A stretch of 64,000 nucleotides of DNA from Piromyces finnis finn. Lineage: Eukaryota > Fungi > Neocallimastigomycota. Both the position numbers and the translations under genes were made by a program. The DNA is taken from the NCBI GenBank assembly GCA_002104945.1, contig MCFH01000012.1:682001-746000 (forward strand). Direction: 5' to 3'. The notes beneath the pieces are model-generated. The model was not told where the DNA came from. It worked only from the letters and a program-made list of their open reading frames with translations, and made no database searches. Positions 1 through 21,042 of this stretch are shown here, piece by piece (position 1 is the first letter of the stretch; each line of letters starts with the position of its first letter).

Positions 1-85
1 TTTAAAATTAAATGACTGTAGAATGAAGGTTTGATAAAAAATAGATTTATTACTCAATTCTTTAATATGTTTATTTCTTCTTTTT

Positions 86-2031
<1,946 letters not shown>

Positions 2032-3002
2032 TTTTTTTTTTTTTTTATTATTATTATTCTTTAATTATTTTACTATAATAATAAATATTTATTTATTTAT
2101 TATTTATTTTCCCCCCTTTTAATATAATAAAAAGAAATTAAATAATAAAAGAGATATGTATTTTCTTTTAATGGTTTCTTTTCTTTTTTTGTTTAATTAA
2201 AAAAAAATAAAAGAGGATTTACTTTTTTTTTTTTATTAAATAAAAGTAGGATAATTTTAAAATTTATGTTTACTTTATATAGACCCAAAATTAAAAAAAA
2301 AAAAAAATTAATATATATTTCAAATATATTAAATTATAATTTATTATATAAATTAAATATATATATATATAAAAAGGTTGACAGGTAATTTAATCATTTT
2401 TTAAAAGTTAACTCATTTAGAAAAAAAGGTTGAAAAAGAGAAAAAGAAAATAATCATTTAAAATTTTCTAATATAATATTTATTATTTCTTTCATCATGA
2501 TATAAATTCATATTTTAATAATTTTATTTATTAAAGCTTTGTTATTTCTTTTTTTCTTTTTATATTGTTAATATTAAATTATTAAATTATCCTTGAATAG
2601 TAATGTTTGTAATATTATAGTAATGAAAATAATGATTTTATTATTATTATTAATATTATTAATATTAGTATTATTATCAATAAACTTTATAGATATATAA
2701 AAAAGTATAGGTAAAATATAGAGTACACCAAAAACAAGTTTCTAAAGAAATAAATAACTGCTTTAACATTACAAATTTAATTTTATTTCATTTTTTTTTG
2801 AGGGTATGATTTGTTTTTATTTTTTTTTTATAATTGTTATCCATATTCATTTCTGTTAGTAGTATTATTAAAATTGCATGCATTCATTTTTACAAATTGT
2901 TATATAATAGGTATATAATATATATATATACTAAATAACTTTAAATAAAAATAAATAAAAAAAATCTTTTTTATCATCATTGTTATTAATTAAATTAGTG
3001 AT

Positions 3003-3040
<38 letters not shown>

Positions 3041-3185
3041 ATATATCTGTATATAAAATATAAAAAAATAAATAAAATATATAAAAGAAATGTGGTATAA
3101 AGAAAATTATTTAATAATTCATTATATTTTTTTTTCTTTTTCTTTTTTTTTTAATGAGTATATATTATAAAATCAAATCAAATAA

Positions 3186-6100
3186 TTATATTTCATCTGA
3201 AAATATAAATGTCTTATTTTTAAAGGATAGGTATTGTCTTAAAATTCCAATTAATAAAAATTCAACATTATAAATCTTGAAACCTGCTGATCTATAAAAT
3301 GACCATAAATTTTTATCTTGAGTACTAGAAATAATAATATTATCCTTTGGTATATTGTTTGGATTATTTAAATAATTCTCTTGATTAATCTATTATGTTA
3401 AGGAAGACATATATATATATATATATATATAATTTTTTATTTTTATTAAAAAGATAAAAATTAATTTAATTGTTTTCATAATAATAATAATGATGATGAT
3501 GATCATCATCATCATCGTTAATACATATTAATTAAATAAAACTATTGTATTTATTACCTTTCCACCTGCACTTGAAATAATTCTAGATAAAACAGAAAGG
3601 GATGGAAATGCATTCGGTGTTACTATAAAGGTTAAATTTTCCAATAATTTTTTTTGTTGACTTCGTTTTAACGATTCTTGCAATGAAAAGGAAAATTCTT
3701 TTTCATTGAGTTCATCTTTTAATGGGAAAAAGGATTCATCTAACATTCGTCCTGCTAGATAACTATAAGATAGCCAATCATAATGTATAATATGCTTACA
3801 GAGACTTATACCAATTAAAAATTTTTCAGTTTTTGCTATTTTTTTAGATAATAAATGAGTGCAAGTATTAATGTTTTTGACAACATTTCCACCTAATGAT
3901 TTTATTTTCTAAAAGTATATGAATATATATATATATAATAATTTGGTTAAAAGAATAAATTTTTATTTTTATTTTTAATTTTTTAATTTTATATATTGTA
4001 AATTGAATGGATAGAGGATATAAGATATACCTTTATATCTTGTTCAGTAGGTTTTGTTCCTGTAAACATAACATTAAATATTTTGTCTTTACTCGTCGGT
4101 ATTGAACTAAAATCTTTAGAATTTGTATTTGATATTGAATTATTTTTATTGGTATTTTCATCACTATTAATAATAATAGGATTTTCAGTAGATATTATAT
4201 TTTCCTTTTTCTTTAATTTTTTATTCAATGCTTCATCAACGCTATTTTTTCTTTTCTTTGAACCACCTCTTATTTCACCATTTTCTTCTTCCTTTTGATG
4301 ATCCATAGAATTGTTTTCATCTGATAAATTTTTATTTGAAGCAATTTTTTTAGTTGCTAATTTATCCTGCGCTTGATTTTTACCTTTTCCTGGCATTTGA
4401 GAGAGCTTATTCTTTTTGGATAGTGATGTTTTAATTAATGAGGTACTATCATACGTCATACTATCTAATGATTTTTCTTCTGGAATCAACTTTGTATTTT
4501 TAAAAGGTTGAGGTGAAATTGCAGGATGAGTTTCATATTGCAAAATAGTATTCTTTTTTTTTTTTCTATTCTCTTCTAAATGACCATTATCATATTTTTT
4601 GGGAATTTCATCATTAATAATTTTGGTGGGAGGAGTTACGGATGATGAGGATGATGTTAAACCTTGTTGAAATAAATATACAATATGTTGATGATTATTC
4701 CATTCAACAAAAATATTACCAACAATAGCATTTAGTTGAGGAGGGTAATAAGTATATATTGGTTTAGTTATAGCTTGAACACATCTATTACGATAGCAAT
4801 CTTCTAACCATAAATGATTTACAATTTCTATATTCCATTCTACTGCTTTTTCATATTTTTTCCCAGTACATCTATTTATTGATAAAAAAAAAAAAAAAAA
4901 AAAAAGGAGGGAATTAAATATATAATTTAATAATTTATTACATTTATTTTATAATGGTTTATTATTACTTATAAATTTATATATATGGATATATATATGT
5001 ATATTTTTAATAAAATTATTATAAGAAATGTTATAGTTACTCTCCACATATAATATGTGTATTATCTGTTGTCATATTGGATGTAAATTTAGCACCTAAG
5101 GCATATATTAATTGTATAATATATTTTCTCGCTTGTCCATGATAATTTGTTATCGTAATGGTCTTTTTTTTTTTTTTTTTTATTTTTTTTAAAGAAAAAA
5201 TGAAAATATTATTTTAATCAATTTTTTGTTTTTATAAATTAAAAAAAAAAAAAAAAAAACGACATTAATATCGTATTTAAAAAGGAATACAACTTAAAAT
5301 TAAAAAATCTTACAAAATTTTCCATTTTTGGCAAATCTAAAAATTCTAAAAAAGAATAACATAATTTTGAGTATGGTCGTATTATTCGTTTTTGCCTTAA
5401 TACATCGTATAACCAAAACTCAGTTACAATTGGTATATCTTTAATTGATTTATTCTTTTGTATTATATTTGAATTTAAAATTTATTTAGAATAGATAGAT
5501 AGATAGATATAGTGTAAAAAAAAAAATTTTTTTTAATGGCATACTGGTTAGTAATAATAATAAATTGAAAAAAAAAAAAAAAGCTCATTTCAAATATAGA
5601 ATAATATATAGGGATAACAAAAAAAAATTTTTTTCTTTTTCATTTTAATCTAGTCTTACCTTTATATAATTTATATTATTTTTATTTTTTAATACAATAT
5701 AATCAGATTGGTCTATTGAATTATTATCTAATGTTTTCACTCCAGATTCTTTTAACAAATTACTGCATTTTTCAAATTCACCATTCTTTTTTATGTCTGG
5801 ATCGATATATAATTTTTTATCTTTTAAATATGGATATGTTGGTTCTATAAATTCTATTGCTATTAATTAACGGTATAAATATTTATTTTTTATTCATTTA
5901 TTAAAATTTAGTATTATGCATCATTCAAAATCAAATAGATATAGGAATAGTAAAAATATAGGCTTATTGTGTGTTAAAAAATACCTTGTTCTTTAAAATA
6001 GAGTTCATTAATATCTTTTGTACTAAACTGAAGTAAAATTGGATTAGGATGTAAATATATTTTTTCTGGGATTTTTCTTTTTAATTTTACACAATCTTCA

Positions 6101-7444
6101 AACCAATGAGGCAATATAATTTTTACATCCTCATCACTATCTTTAATATTCTAATTATATTTTTTAGCATGAAAAAAAAATATATATATATATAAGTATT
6201 CATGAAAAAAGTATTATTTAAAAACGTAATAACAATTATTAGAGTTAAAATTGACCATTAAAATGTTAATGAATAATAGTAAATAAATAAATAAATAAAT
6301 AAAATAATTACTATTGAATCAAAAAGTGTTATAACGTGTGTTACTCCTTTTTTGTAAGTTGGTGACCATTGACCTCCAAATGTTTCTATACTTGAATATA
6401 TTTCTTTACAATCTCTTTCATCGATCTATTATACATATATATATAAAATATAAAAAATCTTATAAGAATTATGACAGGTAGTTAATATAATTTGATTATT
6501 TGGCTTTTAATGTTTATATATTATTACACCAATGGCTGTTGCAATAACCCCCGAAAAAAATAACGATAGATCTGGGCTAAAGTAAATTGGACTATTTTAA
6601 GAAGATAAATAATCGAGTTAATAAATAAAATAGTGTGTACGTATTAATATTATTTTGAAGAAAAAAAAATTTTTTTTCTTATTCTATGAAATATTATATA
6701 TAAATATAATATACTTTTGAACTATATTTGTTTTAATTGAAATGTCAACCCATGAAGGCTAGAAACATTGGATAGAATAATAAATTTGATTTATTTTATT
6801 ATTTTTTTTTTAAAAAAAAAAAAAGTTAATTTATTATTAACAGCATATAAATATAAATATTAATATAGTAATTTGCTCACAGTAACGATATTAAAATTGG
6901 TAATAGATTTTAATTCATGATTTATATCATTCGTAATATAATAGTTTAAAATTTTATTTTTGTCAATATTGACAGTATCTACAATATTTGCTCCTTCTTT
7001 AATAAGTTTTTCTTTTAACTTTTTATTTTTTCATTAAATTAAATGAAATTCGATAGTATGAAATTTAGATTTTGAATTTGAAAATATAGTTGAATGAATT
7101 ATATAAAATTATTTTAAAATTTATTATGACGTTAAAATTATATAAATGTATATTAGGTTATAAAGTTTATATTATTTTTTTTAAAAAAATTTATACAGAT
7201 AAAATTTACTTTATAATTAAGTGTGAAAGAATTGGATTCATCTAAATAAATATTTAAATTTGAAAATAACTGAAGTTCTATTTTTATTTATTTTTTTTTT
7301 ATTATAAAAAAAATAATAATAATTAGTAATACTAAATTATAATTAACATATTAATTAATTGAATATAATGTGATATATATATTATATTAAAAGTAATCAT
7401 AATAGTAATTTAATCCTACCTGGTAATTTAAAATTATTATCCAT
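3186..7444 (-). CDS. Multi-BRCT DNA-damage scaffold protein, Rtt107/Brc1/PTIP(PAXIP1)-like, many exons
   Basis: Spliced start MDNNFKLP/ELQLFSNLNIYLD. BRCT signatures: LIKEGANIV..IVT/PSWV, YFSPDLSLFFSGV, and a C-terminal tandem BRCT (FNVMFTG..., LENLTFIVTPN...IISSAGGKV, YNVEFLLIGILRQ). Some exon boundaries are approximate. Confidence 0.8.
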
Positions 7445-8484
7445 TTTTTGAAATAATGTAATCCCAATCAAACTATTATGCTATTGCATTTATAATTCAA
7501 ATTTATCTTTATTTATGCAGGTTTATTCAATTCTATTCTTGACAATAATATTCTAAATAATTAAATTAAAAATTTTGGAATTTCTTTTTCTTTTTTTTTT
7601 TTTTTTAAAAAAAATGATTTTTAATTTCAATATGAAATTTAATTATCTAATTCGAAATTAGAAATTTGATTATTTTTTCTCCCTTTTATATATATAATAT
7701 ATTTTAAAAAATATATATATAAAAATCTTTTTTTTTTCAATTAATAAATATAAAACTTTTTTCTATTCTTTTTCTTATTTTATTGTTAAATTTCTTTTTT
7801 AAAATTCTTTCTTTCTTATTGAAGTTTTACTGAGCCTTTAAATATAAAAAGTATTTAATTAAAAAAAAAAAAAAAAATTTTTTTTTTCAAATATCTCCAT
7901 TTAATAAATGAAATTTTTATTTTTTTTTTGAAATTAAAAAAATTAAAGGTTGACTTGAAAAAAAAAAACGAATAATATTTTTCTTTATATATCATTCAAA
8001 CAGACACACATAAAAATAAATACATAGAGCTATACATTTATTTATAGAAATTTGAATGAATAAACCTTGTTTTTTTTTTTTTTTTTTTACATATTTATTT
8101 ATTTATTTTATATATATATATTTCTTAATTATTCTTATTATTCTTATTATTATTATTATTTTTCCAAATGTATTATTATTAAATAGTTGATCTTGTATAT
8201 ATAATAGTAATAAAAAACAAAAACTATATATACATTTAATAAAAAAAAAAAAAAAAAAATAAATAAATAAAAATAAAAATATTTAAAAAACCTTTATTTT
8301 TTTTTTTAATAATGTTATTTTAAAGGAATTAATAATATTAATTATTTGCTAATGGTTAATTATAAATTTCTACAAAAGTTGTTATTTTTGTTTTTTAATT
8401 TTTAAATATTATTCTTTTGGTAATTTCTTTTTTTTTTTTTAAAATTATTATTATTATTGTTGTTGTTGTTGTGGATTATTATTT

Positions 8485-12111
<3,627 letters not shown>

Positions 12112-14988
12112 CTTTGTTATTTACTTTATATATAGGAAAAAACTCTTTTAAACTATGTATCTATATTTTATATAACAAATGAAATGATATTAATAATCTG
12201 TTTAATAGTCATAGAGTCATATAATATATTTAATAAAGAAAATAAAGTTTATCATTGGAAATTTCATTATTAACAAATAAATTTATTTATCTTTTTCTTG
12301 ATGCTGATAAAGAAAAAAAATAAAATAAAACTATTTAATAGTATTCTTGTTGTTTTAATTTTTCATTTTCAATTTAAAAATGTAAATAATTAAATATCTT
12401 TATAAGAAAAATAATCATTTATATTCTTTATTTATTTGGACTTTTAAAAATGAAAGAAAGAAAGATAGAAACAAAAACAAAAAAGAAACATTCTTTTTTT
12501 TTTTTTCTTTATAATTTTGGCAATAAAAAACATTATCCTTTTATTAATTGATAATAAATAATAAATAATAATAGTAATAGTAATTGGGAATATATTTACA
12601 GATTTACAGTGTATTATTTCAATCAATTAAAATATCATTATCATAGAAATAGCTTTATATTCAACAATTCCTAAAAGATAATTATTTCTTATTTTATTAT
12701 ATTAAATTAATACATAAAACTATTTATAAAAGTTGAAGTAATTGATATATAAGCTTAAATAAAAGATGGGCTGTTTAAAAGTTTTTTTAAAATGATGTTG
12801 TTTGATTTGTTGATGCCTAACAAAGATTAAAAATACTTTTTTTTAATAAAGACTAAGCAAAAAAAAAAAAAAAAAAAAACTTTAATAATAAATAATTAAT
12901 TATATTATCAAATAATAATTATTATTTATTCTATAATAAAAAATTTATTTTGAAAAAAGTATTTTCTATTAAAAAAATAAATAAACCATAAATTTAATAT
13001 ATACATATAATATATTATTATATATATTAGAATGGAGTCAACAATATTGTTTTTATATTCATTAAATGTTTAAATCTAAATTTTAAAAATTAAAAAAAAA
13101 ATAAATAAATAAATAAATAGTATATACATCAGTTGGAAACTAATTTATTTTGAATTTATTTATAATATATATAATTATATATATTATTTATATAGATAAT
13201 ATATAAAATTTAAATTGTGTAATATTAAAAATTTTAATTTTTTTTAACACTAAAAGTTCAAAGTGGTATTTTAGCATCTTTCAAAAAAAAGGATTGATTG
13301 CTTTTCAGAGATAAAATAGACATTGCCTTATGATAATGATGGTGGTAGGATTGAACTAATATACTACTTTTAAATGTACATGTTTAGCATTAAAAGTTAT
13401 ATATATTATATATAGTAATTACAATGGGTTTTGTATCTCAAAAATTGCTGATTTAAGTGACATCAAACGATGCAATTCAAGGATATTATCATTAATGCTA
13501 TAAGAAAATAATTAATAAAACGATGTGTATATCATTAAATAATAAAAAAAAATAATGAAAATATTTTTATACAGTTTCATTATTATATCATTAAAATACA
13601 ATATAGATATTTTATAATTTATTATTTTTTTTTAAATATATAATGATTGTTTTTTTTGCAAGTAATTATACTCCTTTTAATCTATGATCATTGCTATATT
13701 AAGAAAGTTTAGATCAAAGCCAGTATTTATTTATTTATTTATTTATTATTTATATATCTTATAATTTAATATTTTAAAAATAAAAGGTAATAATAGTTTA
13801 ACTAGTATTACTTAATGAATAGTGTCCCGTAGTTATATAATTTTATGTTGAAAAAACAAAAGTATTTTTTTTTTTTTTTTTTGGTTTGTTTGAATAGGAA
13901 AATTAATTGTGTATGGAATAAATTTTAGTGAAAAGTATATGCAGAAATTCTTTAATTTTGAAGATTATTTAACTATTTTCTTATTATTTTGTTGAGGCAA
14001 TAACTTTTATTAACTTTATAAAGTATATATTGAAGACTTTAAAAAATATTATTCGAAAAGTATAATAATGCTACTAATAATGCCTACGCAGTTAATATTA
14101 AATATTTTTTTAAGTAATATTTTATAAATTTGCAATTGAAAATAAAAAAAGTTCAATTATGTATTTGATCTTGATTACTGTTATTATTTAAAAGTACTAA
14201 ATAACTCAAGAATAAAAATCATACCATAAAGATAATTTTTAGTATACATTATATATATATAAAAAAAAGAAATTGTCATGGATTATAATATGTTTAAGAT
14301 TAATTACCCTTTTTAATATTGATATAAATGTTGTTGATAAATTTCAGACAAATACACACACACATACACACATGAGTAATAAATAGCAATTTAAATAAAA
14401 ATACCGAGACTTTTTGTAATTTATTAAAAAAGGTAGATAAAAAGACAATTTCATATTATATATTTCATAAAATAAAACATTAAACATTAATTATATCATA
14501 CCAATACTAATTATCAATGAGTGTGTGGACTGAATAAAAGTTGTATGGTATAGAAAATGAAAAAATTTTATATTAATTTTTAATTGATAAATGGATATTC
14601 CACTATTACAGAAAAAAATAAAAATAAAAAAAAAAGGTATTATAAAAAACAAAACCTTTTAAATATTATATTAAAAATACATTCTATTAATACTGTGTTA
14701 ATATCTATTTTATTGGTATATCTCTTATTTTCTTTTAAACAAAAAGAAAAAGAACTTGAACTTTTTTCTCTTTTGTTAATAGAATTAAAAAAAAAATTAA
14801 TTTAAATATTATTTTAAATCAAATTATTAATAAATAAAGTTTTTATATTAATAATTAAAATTCAATTGATGAATTTTTTTTTTTTTTTTTTTTTTTTTTT
14901 TCATTATTCAATAATACAAATTTTTAAAAGTTAATCTTAAAAAAAAGATTTAATTTTGAAATTTTATTCTTTGTCTAATTAATAAAAG

Positions 14989-15541
14989 ATGGGTGATGGA
15001 GGATTCTTTAAAGTAAGTAATAAATATTTATCAAGTATAAATATATGTTTTAAATATTGAATAAAAATTATTTACTAGATAATGCCTTTAAAATTTAAGT
15101 GCATTATTATATTTTTTTAAAATTTATTCATTATCATAATAGTGACGTGAAATGATGTAATATAAATTTATATATAATATGTAATATAAATTATTACAAT
15201 TTTCAATATTAAACAAGTTCTTATAGTTTTCGTATTTAAAATTTTATTCAATTTATAGTAATAGTATTATTACTGAAAAAATTTTAATACTACTATATAC
15301 TATTTTTTAATTAATAATTTATTATCAAAAAAAAAAGATTGAAAATGATTAAATATATTTAAAGAACAGATTCAATTAATAAATAAAAATGAAACTTTAT
15401 TTAAATAACAATTTTGTATTTTATAGGGGACAAGCTCTGAACAAGATAATCGATTCAGTGATAAAACAAAAAAGCAATTAAAAAATATGTCTTTTCCTTC
15501 AATATTTAATAAAAAAGTACTTATTCTCACTACTTCTATTC

Positions 15542-15579
<38 letters not shown>

Positions 15580-17259
15580 TAAATCAAATTAATATTCTTT
15601 AATAATTTATTTCTTTTAAATATATATTTAAATTAATGTTAATCATGTTTAAATCAGGTTAATTTGAAAAAAGTACATATGCCTACACTTCAACAATGGA
15701 TTAGTAAAAAAGTAATAGAAATATTGGGAATGGAAGATGATGTATTAATTAATTACATATATGAAACATTGGAAGAAACCCATGTAAGTTGTATAATTAT
15801 AATAGTAATAATAATAATTATAATGTTTTATTTTAATGTATAAAGTTGAAAAAGTAATATGTTAATAAAAATAATTTTATAGAGTCCAGATCCAAAATTA
15901 TTACAATTAAATTTAACAGGTTTTCTTGAAAAAAATGCTGGTTCTTTTGTAAAAGAACTTTGGGAACGTATTCTCAGTGCTCAAGAAAATCCAAGTGGTA
16001 TTCCTACAGAAGATATCGAAAGAGAATTAAGACATCAAGAAGAATTAAGAGTAATTTTATTTTTGTTATTTTAAAATAAAAAAAAAGAAAATTAATTAAA
16101 AATGATATTAATTTTCCCACTCTTTTTTTTTTAATAAAAACAAATAAATAAACAATTTTTTTTTAGGCAGAACAAAAAAGAGTAGCAGAAGAACTGAGGA
16201 AAAGAAAAGAGAAAGAAGAAAATGAACGACGAGAGTTGGAAAAAATAAGAGAAAAGGAGAGAAAGGTAATTAAAGTTATATACTTTCAATAAACTTTTAA
16301 GTATAATAAGAACAATAATATATATCTATCTATTTTAAAAAAAGGAAAGGGAAGAACGTAGAAATAATAGAGATAAAAGAAGTTATCGTAGTAGAAGTCG
16401 AAGTTATGATCGTAAGCGTAGACGTAGATATAGTCGTAGTCATAGTCGCAGTCGCAGTCGCAGTCGTAGCAGACATCATAATAGTCATAGATCTAGTCGT
16501 CATCATAGTAGAAGAAGCAGATCAAAGGATAGAAGCAGAAGCCGTAGTACAGACAAAAGTAAAAAAGAAGAAAAAGAAAAAACTATCAGAGAAGTCAAAA
16601 ATAATAAAGAAGTAGAAGAAAAAAAAGAAAAAATGGCTATAGATGATATTGATGAAGATGAAATGAGTCTTGAAGAAAATGAATTATATAAGAATGATGA
16701 AATTGATGGAAATGATTTAGATGGTGATATGGATTTAGTAAACGAAGATTTAACAGATAAACATTTAACTGTCGAAAGTGAAAATAAGAAAAAAGCAGAG
16801 AAGAATACAGATGAAAATGAAATGTTAAAAGATGAAAGTGATAAAGAATCAGGGGAAGAAGATGAAGAGGATAAAAAAGGAGAATTAAAAAGTAAAAATC
16901 AAGTTCGTGATCGTAGTAGAAACAGAAGTAGCAGTCGTTCAAGAAGATCGTCAAATCGTAGTAAAGATAGACATAGCTCAAAATCAAGATCTTCTAGATC
17001 AAAACATTACAGATCAAGGTATGATTCAAGATCTAGATCAAGATCTAGAAGTCGTCATCATAGACGTCATAGTAGAAGTCGTCATCATCGCTCTTCAAGA
17101 AGAGATAGAGATAGTGATGAAAAAAGGAAGTCAAAAAAGGAAAGTAAAGATAATGATGATAAAGAAGTAGAAGACCAAAAGAGAAAGCATGAAGAAAATA
17201 GTGATGAAGAAAAAGGAAAAATATCTGAAAAAGAAAATTCAGATAGTGATAATGAATAA
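14989..17259 (+). CDS. SRRM1: PWI-domain SR-rich splicing coactivator (SRm160/SRRM1-like)
   Basis: Spliced N-terminus MGDGGFFK/GTSSEQDNRFSDK..WISKKVIEILGMEDDVLINYIY..PDPKLLQLNLTGFLEKNAGSFVKELWE is a PWI domain. It is followed by RS-dipeptide-rich and acidic tracts. Confidence 0.88.
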
Positions 17260-17800
17260 ATAAAAAAAGAATCTAATCATGAATTCAATTGAATATTATA
17301 GTTTAATGGGAACAGTAATAATAAAATAATAATATATAGTAACAATAACAATAATATTAATAATAGGTATTTGTTAATACTATAACTATTATAGTTGTGA
17401 AAATATACATATATATATTAATAAATAATTCATATCTATTTTTACACTTTTTTTTTTTTTTTACTCATTAAAGTACTTTTTAATTCAATCAAATAATTAA
17501 TAAAATTTTACAATAAAAATAAATAAATAAAAAAAAGGTATTTTTAATTCATTGCTTTTTTTTGTTTTGTTTTGTTTTATTTTTTTCAAAAAGTGTTAAT
17601 TTCTTCTTTAAAAAAAAAAAAAATGGAAATAATTTTGAGATATATGAATATTATTGGTTGCTTTGCGATTTTTTTTTTTTTTTAAATAATATAAAAATTT
17701 TAAAAAAAAAAAAAAAAAAAAATTACTTAGTGTGTGGTACTATCACTTCAAGAGTTTATATTAAAAAAAATTGAAATTGAAAATATAAAAACATTAAAAA

Positions 17801-20558
17801 ATGGATAATGTATTGATTGATTGGGATTCCTACAAAAATAATAAGGATAAATTAAAAAGTTATAAAGTCGAATTAATTAATTTAGTTGAAGCACTTAAAG
17901 ATTTCGAATTTCGGTAAACCATTAATAAAAAAGTTATAAAAAAAAAAAAAATTGATATAAAGACAAATATATATATATATATAAAATAAAATTAACATTA
18001 AATAATTTTATATTTCAGTAATTCTTTTCAATATGAAAAAGAAACCTGGAAGTTAATTTCTGTTATATTAAAATGGATAAAGAACAATGATAAAATCAAT
18101 ATGGAAAATGGCAATGAAATTTACATTGAAATTTTGGAATTAATTTTTAAAATTATTCGAAATGCCAATGCTGGTGTTAGAGAAAATCAAATGAATACAA
18201 AGTAAACAAAAAAAAAAAAAAATAAATAATTATTTATATAAAGTTATGTTTTTCATTGGGCACATATAATACTTATTTGTTATTATTATTGTTGTTGTTG
18301 TTGTTGTTTATTGCAAATATTATAATAGAGACTACTTATTATCTGACATATTAAGTACCATTCCAAAATGTATTGAATTGTTAAGAAAAGATGTTACAAA
18401 TACCAAAGGTATTAATAATTCAATTGAAATTTATTATTATTGATATTATTTTTTTTCTTTCAAAATAATACTTACATATAAAATGAAATAAATAATAATA
18501 TTGATAAAAAAAATGAATCTAATAATGTATAAAATAGTAAATACTTGTGTTCAATGTGGAATTCAATGTCTTTCAAATACCTATACCCAAAATACATACT
18601 TGCAAAATAATTACAGTGAGGAATTATATAATAGTAAAATATTGAGGTAAATAGGAATTTAACAGTATCAATTCAAAATATAAAATTTCAAATTTCATTT
18701 AATTCTAATTCTAATTTTGAAAAAAAAAAAAAAAAATTATTTGTTAAAAAAAAAAATAGAACCATTTTCGATTTCCAAGATGAAAAGCTTCAATTATATT
18801 CTATAATGACTGTTCATAATCTTTTAATGAATAATGAAAAAGCTGTGTAAACTTTTTTTTTTTCCTTAATTTTATGAAAAAATTATAAAAGATTTTATAA
18901 TTTATATATATAAATTTTTATATTCCTAACAAAAACCATTAATATATCAAAACTTTATTAAATATAATATAAAAAGTGATATTATTGTTAAAAATGATGA
19001 TGGTCAAGAAGTATTAAGAAGAATTATATTATTTGCTCCAATGTATAAAGAAAATGATAAACTTCCAACCTTTGACCTCATGTAAACTTCACCTTTCATA
19101 TACATACCCATTCTTTTGATACATTTAAATTATGAAAGAAATATTTTTTAAAATTTACACTAATAATATATAATTTAACAATTTATAAATTACCAACAAC
19201 AGATTCTCATTATTTAATAATATTATAAATTTAAATAAACTCTCACAACTTTTAACAGCCTTTGCTCCAATAGAAGATGAAGAATTAGGGTAAAAAAAAA
19301 AAAAAAAAAAAAAAATTCATTATTTAAAAAATACTTTTTTTTCATTTTTTCATTAATTAATAAATACAATATTCTTTTTTATTTATTATATGTATCATTC
19401 TTTCTTTATTATATTATTTTGGTTATTAGTACTGCAGCTATATCTAGAGAACAAACCCTTCTTCTTAAATTTATTGATGGTCGTCTGGAAAATGAAAAGG
19501 ATGAAAATGGTGATGTTACTTGGGATTACCCAAAGGATTTACCTGATCTTTTAGCCCTTTTATTCAAAAGAGTAGTTTCAAGTTCTTATAAAATTATTTC
19601 CGATGATAAAGATGGTGCCTATAGTACCGCAGATACTGATGGTTTAATCCTTCTTTTGATTTGTTTTGGTAGTTTAGTTACATCCTTTGATGAAAAAACT
19701 AGAATAAGATTGTCTAATCTTGGTTTTGTAGAAGATCTTATAAGTATGTTAAAAAAAAATAATAGTTATTTTTTAAAAATAGAATATAATTTACATAGAA
19801 TATACACACAATATTCATATAAAACAATAAAGCATTTCTATACTAATGAAAATATAAAATAAATAAATAAACATTTATTTATTTATTTATAAAAATTATA
19901 ATAATAATAATAATAAAACATAGGTCTTTTAAAGAATGCCAATGAACTTCAACCAAGACTTGGAAAGTTACAAGATAAGGGTGATGAAAATAGTACCTGG
20001 TTTATGTTTAAAAGTGATATCATGACTATTATTTCTGGTATATGTTACAATTGTAAACAAGTTCAAGATGAGGTATAAAATATAAATATAAATAGATGGA
20101 TAAGAATAAATATAATAATTTTTTTTTTTAAAATTTTTCAAATATTAATAAAAACTAAATATATAGATAAGAGAATTAGGTGGTTTACCATTAGTTTTAG
20201 CTAATTGTAATATTGATAATAATAATCCATGTAAGTTTTTAATAACAATCAATTGAAATATTATAAATAATTAATTTTTCGAATTAACCCAACTATTAAT
20301 TTAAATAAAAAATTTTTTTTATTAGATATTAAAGAAAGATCTGTATTTGCCATTAGAAATTTATGTCATAAGAATCCAGAAAATCAAAAAATCATTAATT
20401 CATTAGAAGCCAAGGGTGTAGACAAGAATGCCAACCTTGATGAATTAGGTATTGATGCCGAAATAGATAAAGATGGAAAACTTCGTGTTAAAAGACTTTC
20501 AAAGAAAGAGCAAGAAGAACAAAAGGAATTTGAAGCTAGAATTCAAGAATTAAATTAA
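17801..20558 (+). CDS. ATXN10: Ataxin-10 / Ctr86-like ARM-repeat protein, many exons
   Basis: C-terminal exons encode QDE/IRELGGLPLVLANCNIDNNNP/IKERSVFAIRNLCHKNPENQKIINSLEAKG, the characteristic ataxin-10 domain. ATG at 17801, stop at 20556-20558. Confidence 0.85.
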
Positions 20559-20698
20559 AGTTTATTTGTTATCTAATTCATTCATATATAATGTAGATAA
20601 TATTTTTTTTTTAGAGTAATGTCAAAATTATATAATAAATAAAAAAAGTAATCATTAATTATAATTTATGATTTATTAATTATAGTATAAAATTTTTT

Positions 20699-20734
<36 letters not shown>

Positions 20735-21042
20735 TGAAACTTTTTCAACCAAAATTATAGATAAATGAATTGAAAATTTTTTAAAATTTTATTTTATAAA
20801 TGATCTTTTTCAGTTTAATTAAAAATAATAAGCTCATTATTGCTAACAATTTTTTTTTTTTTATATAAGCATTATGAAAAAAAAAAAAAAGTAAATATTT
20901 ATTAATTATTATAATTTTATTCAATTTTTGATTAAATAAATATAAAAAAAAAAAAAAAAAGATAATAATGAAGAAAAAAAAAAAAAGTATTTCAAATGGT
21001 ATGACAAAAAAAAAAAATAGGTAATAGGCACGATTTAATTTC

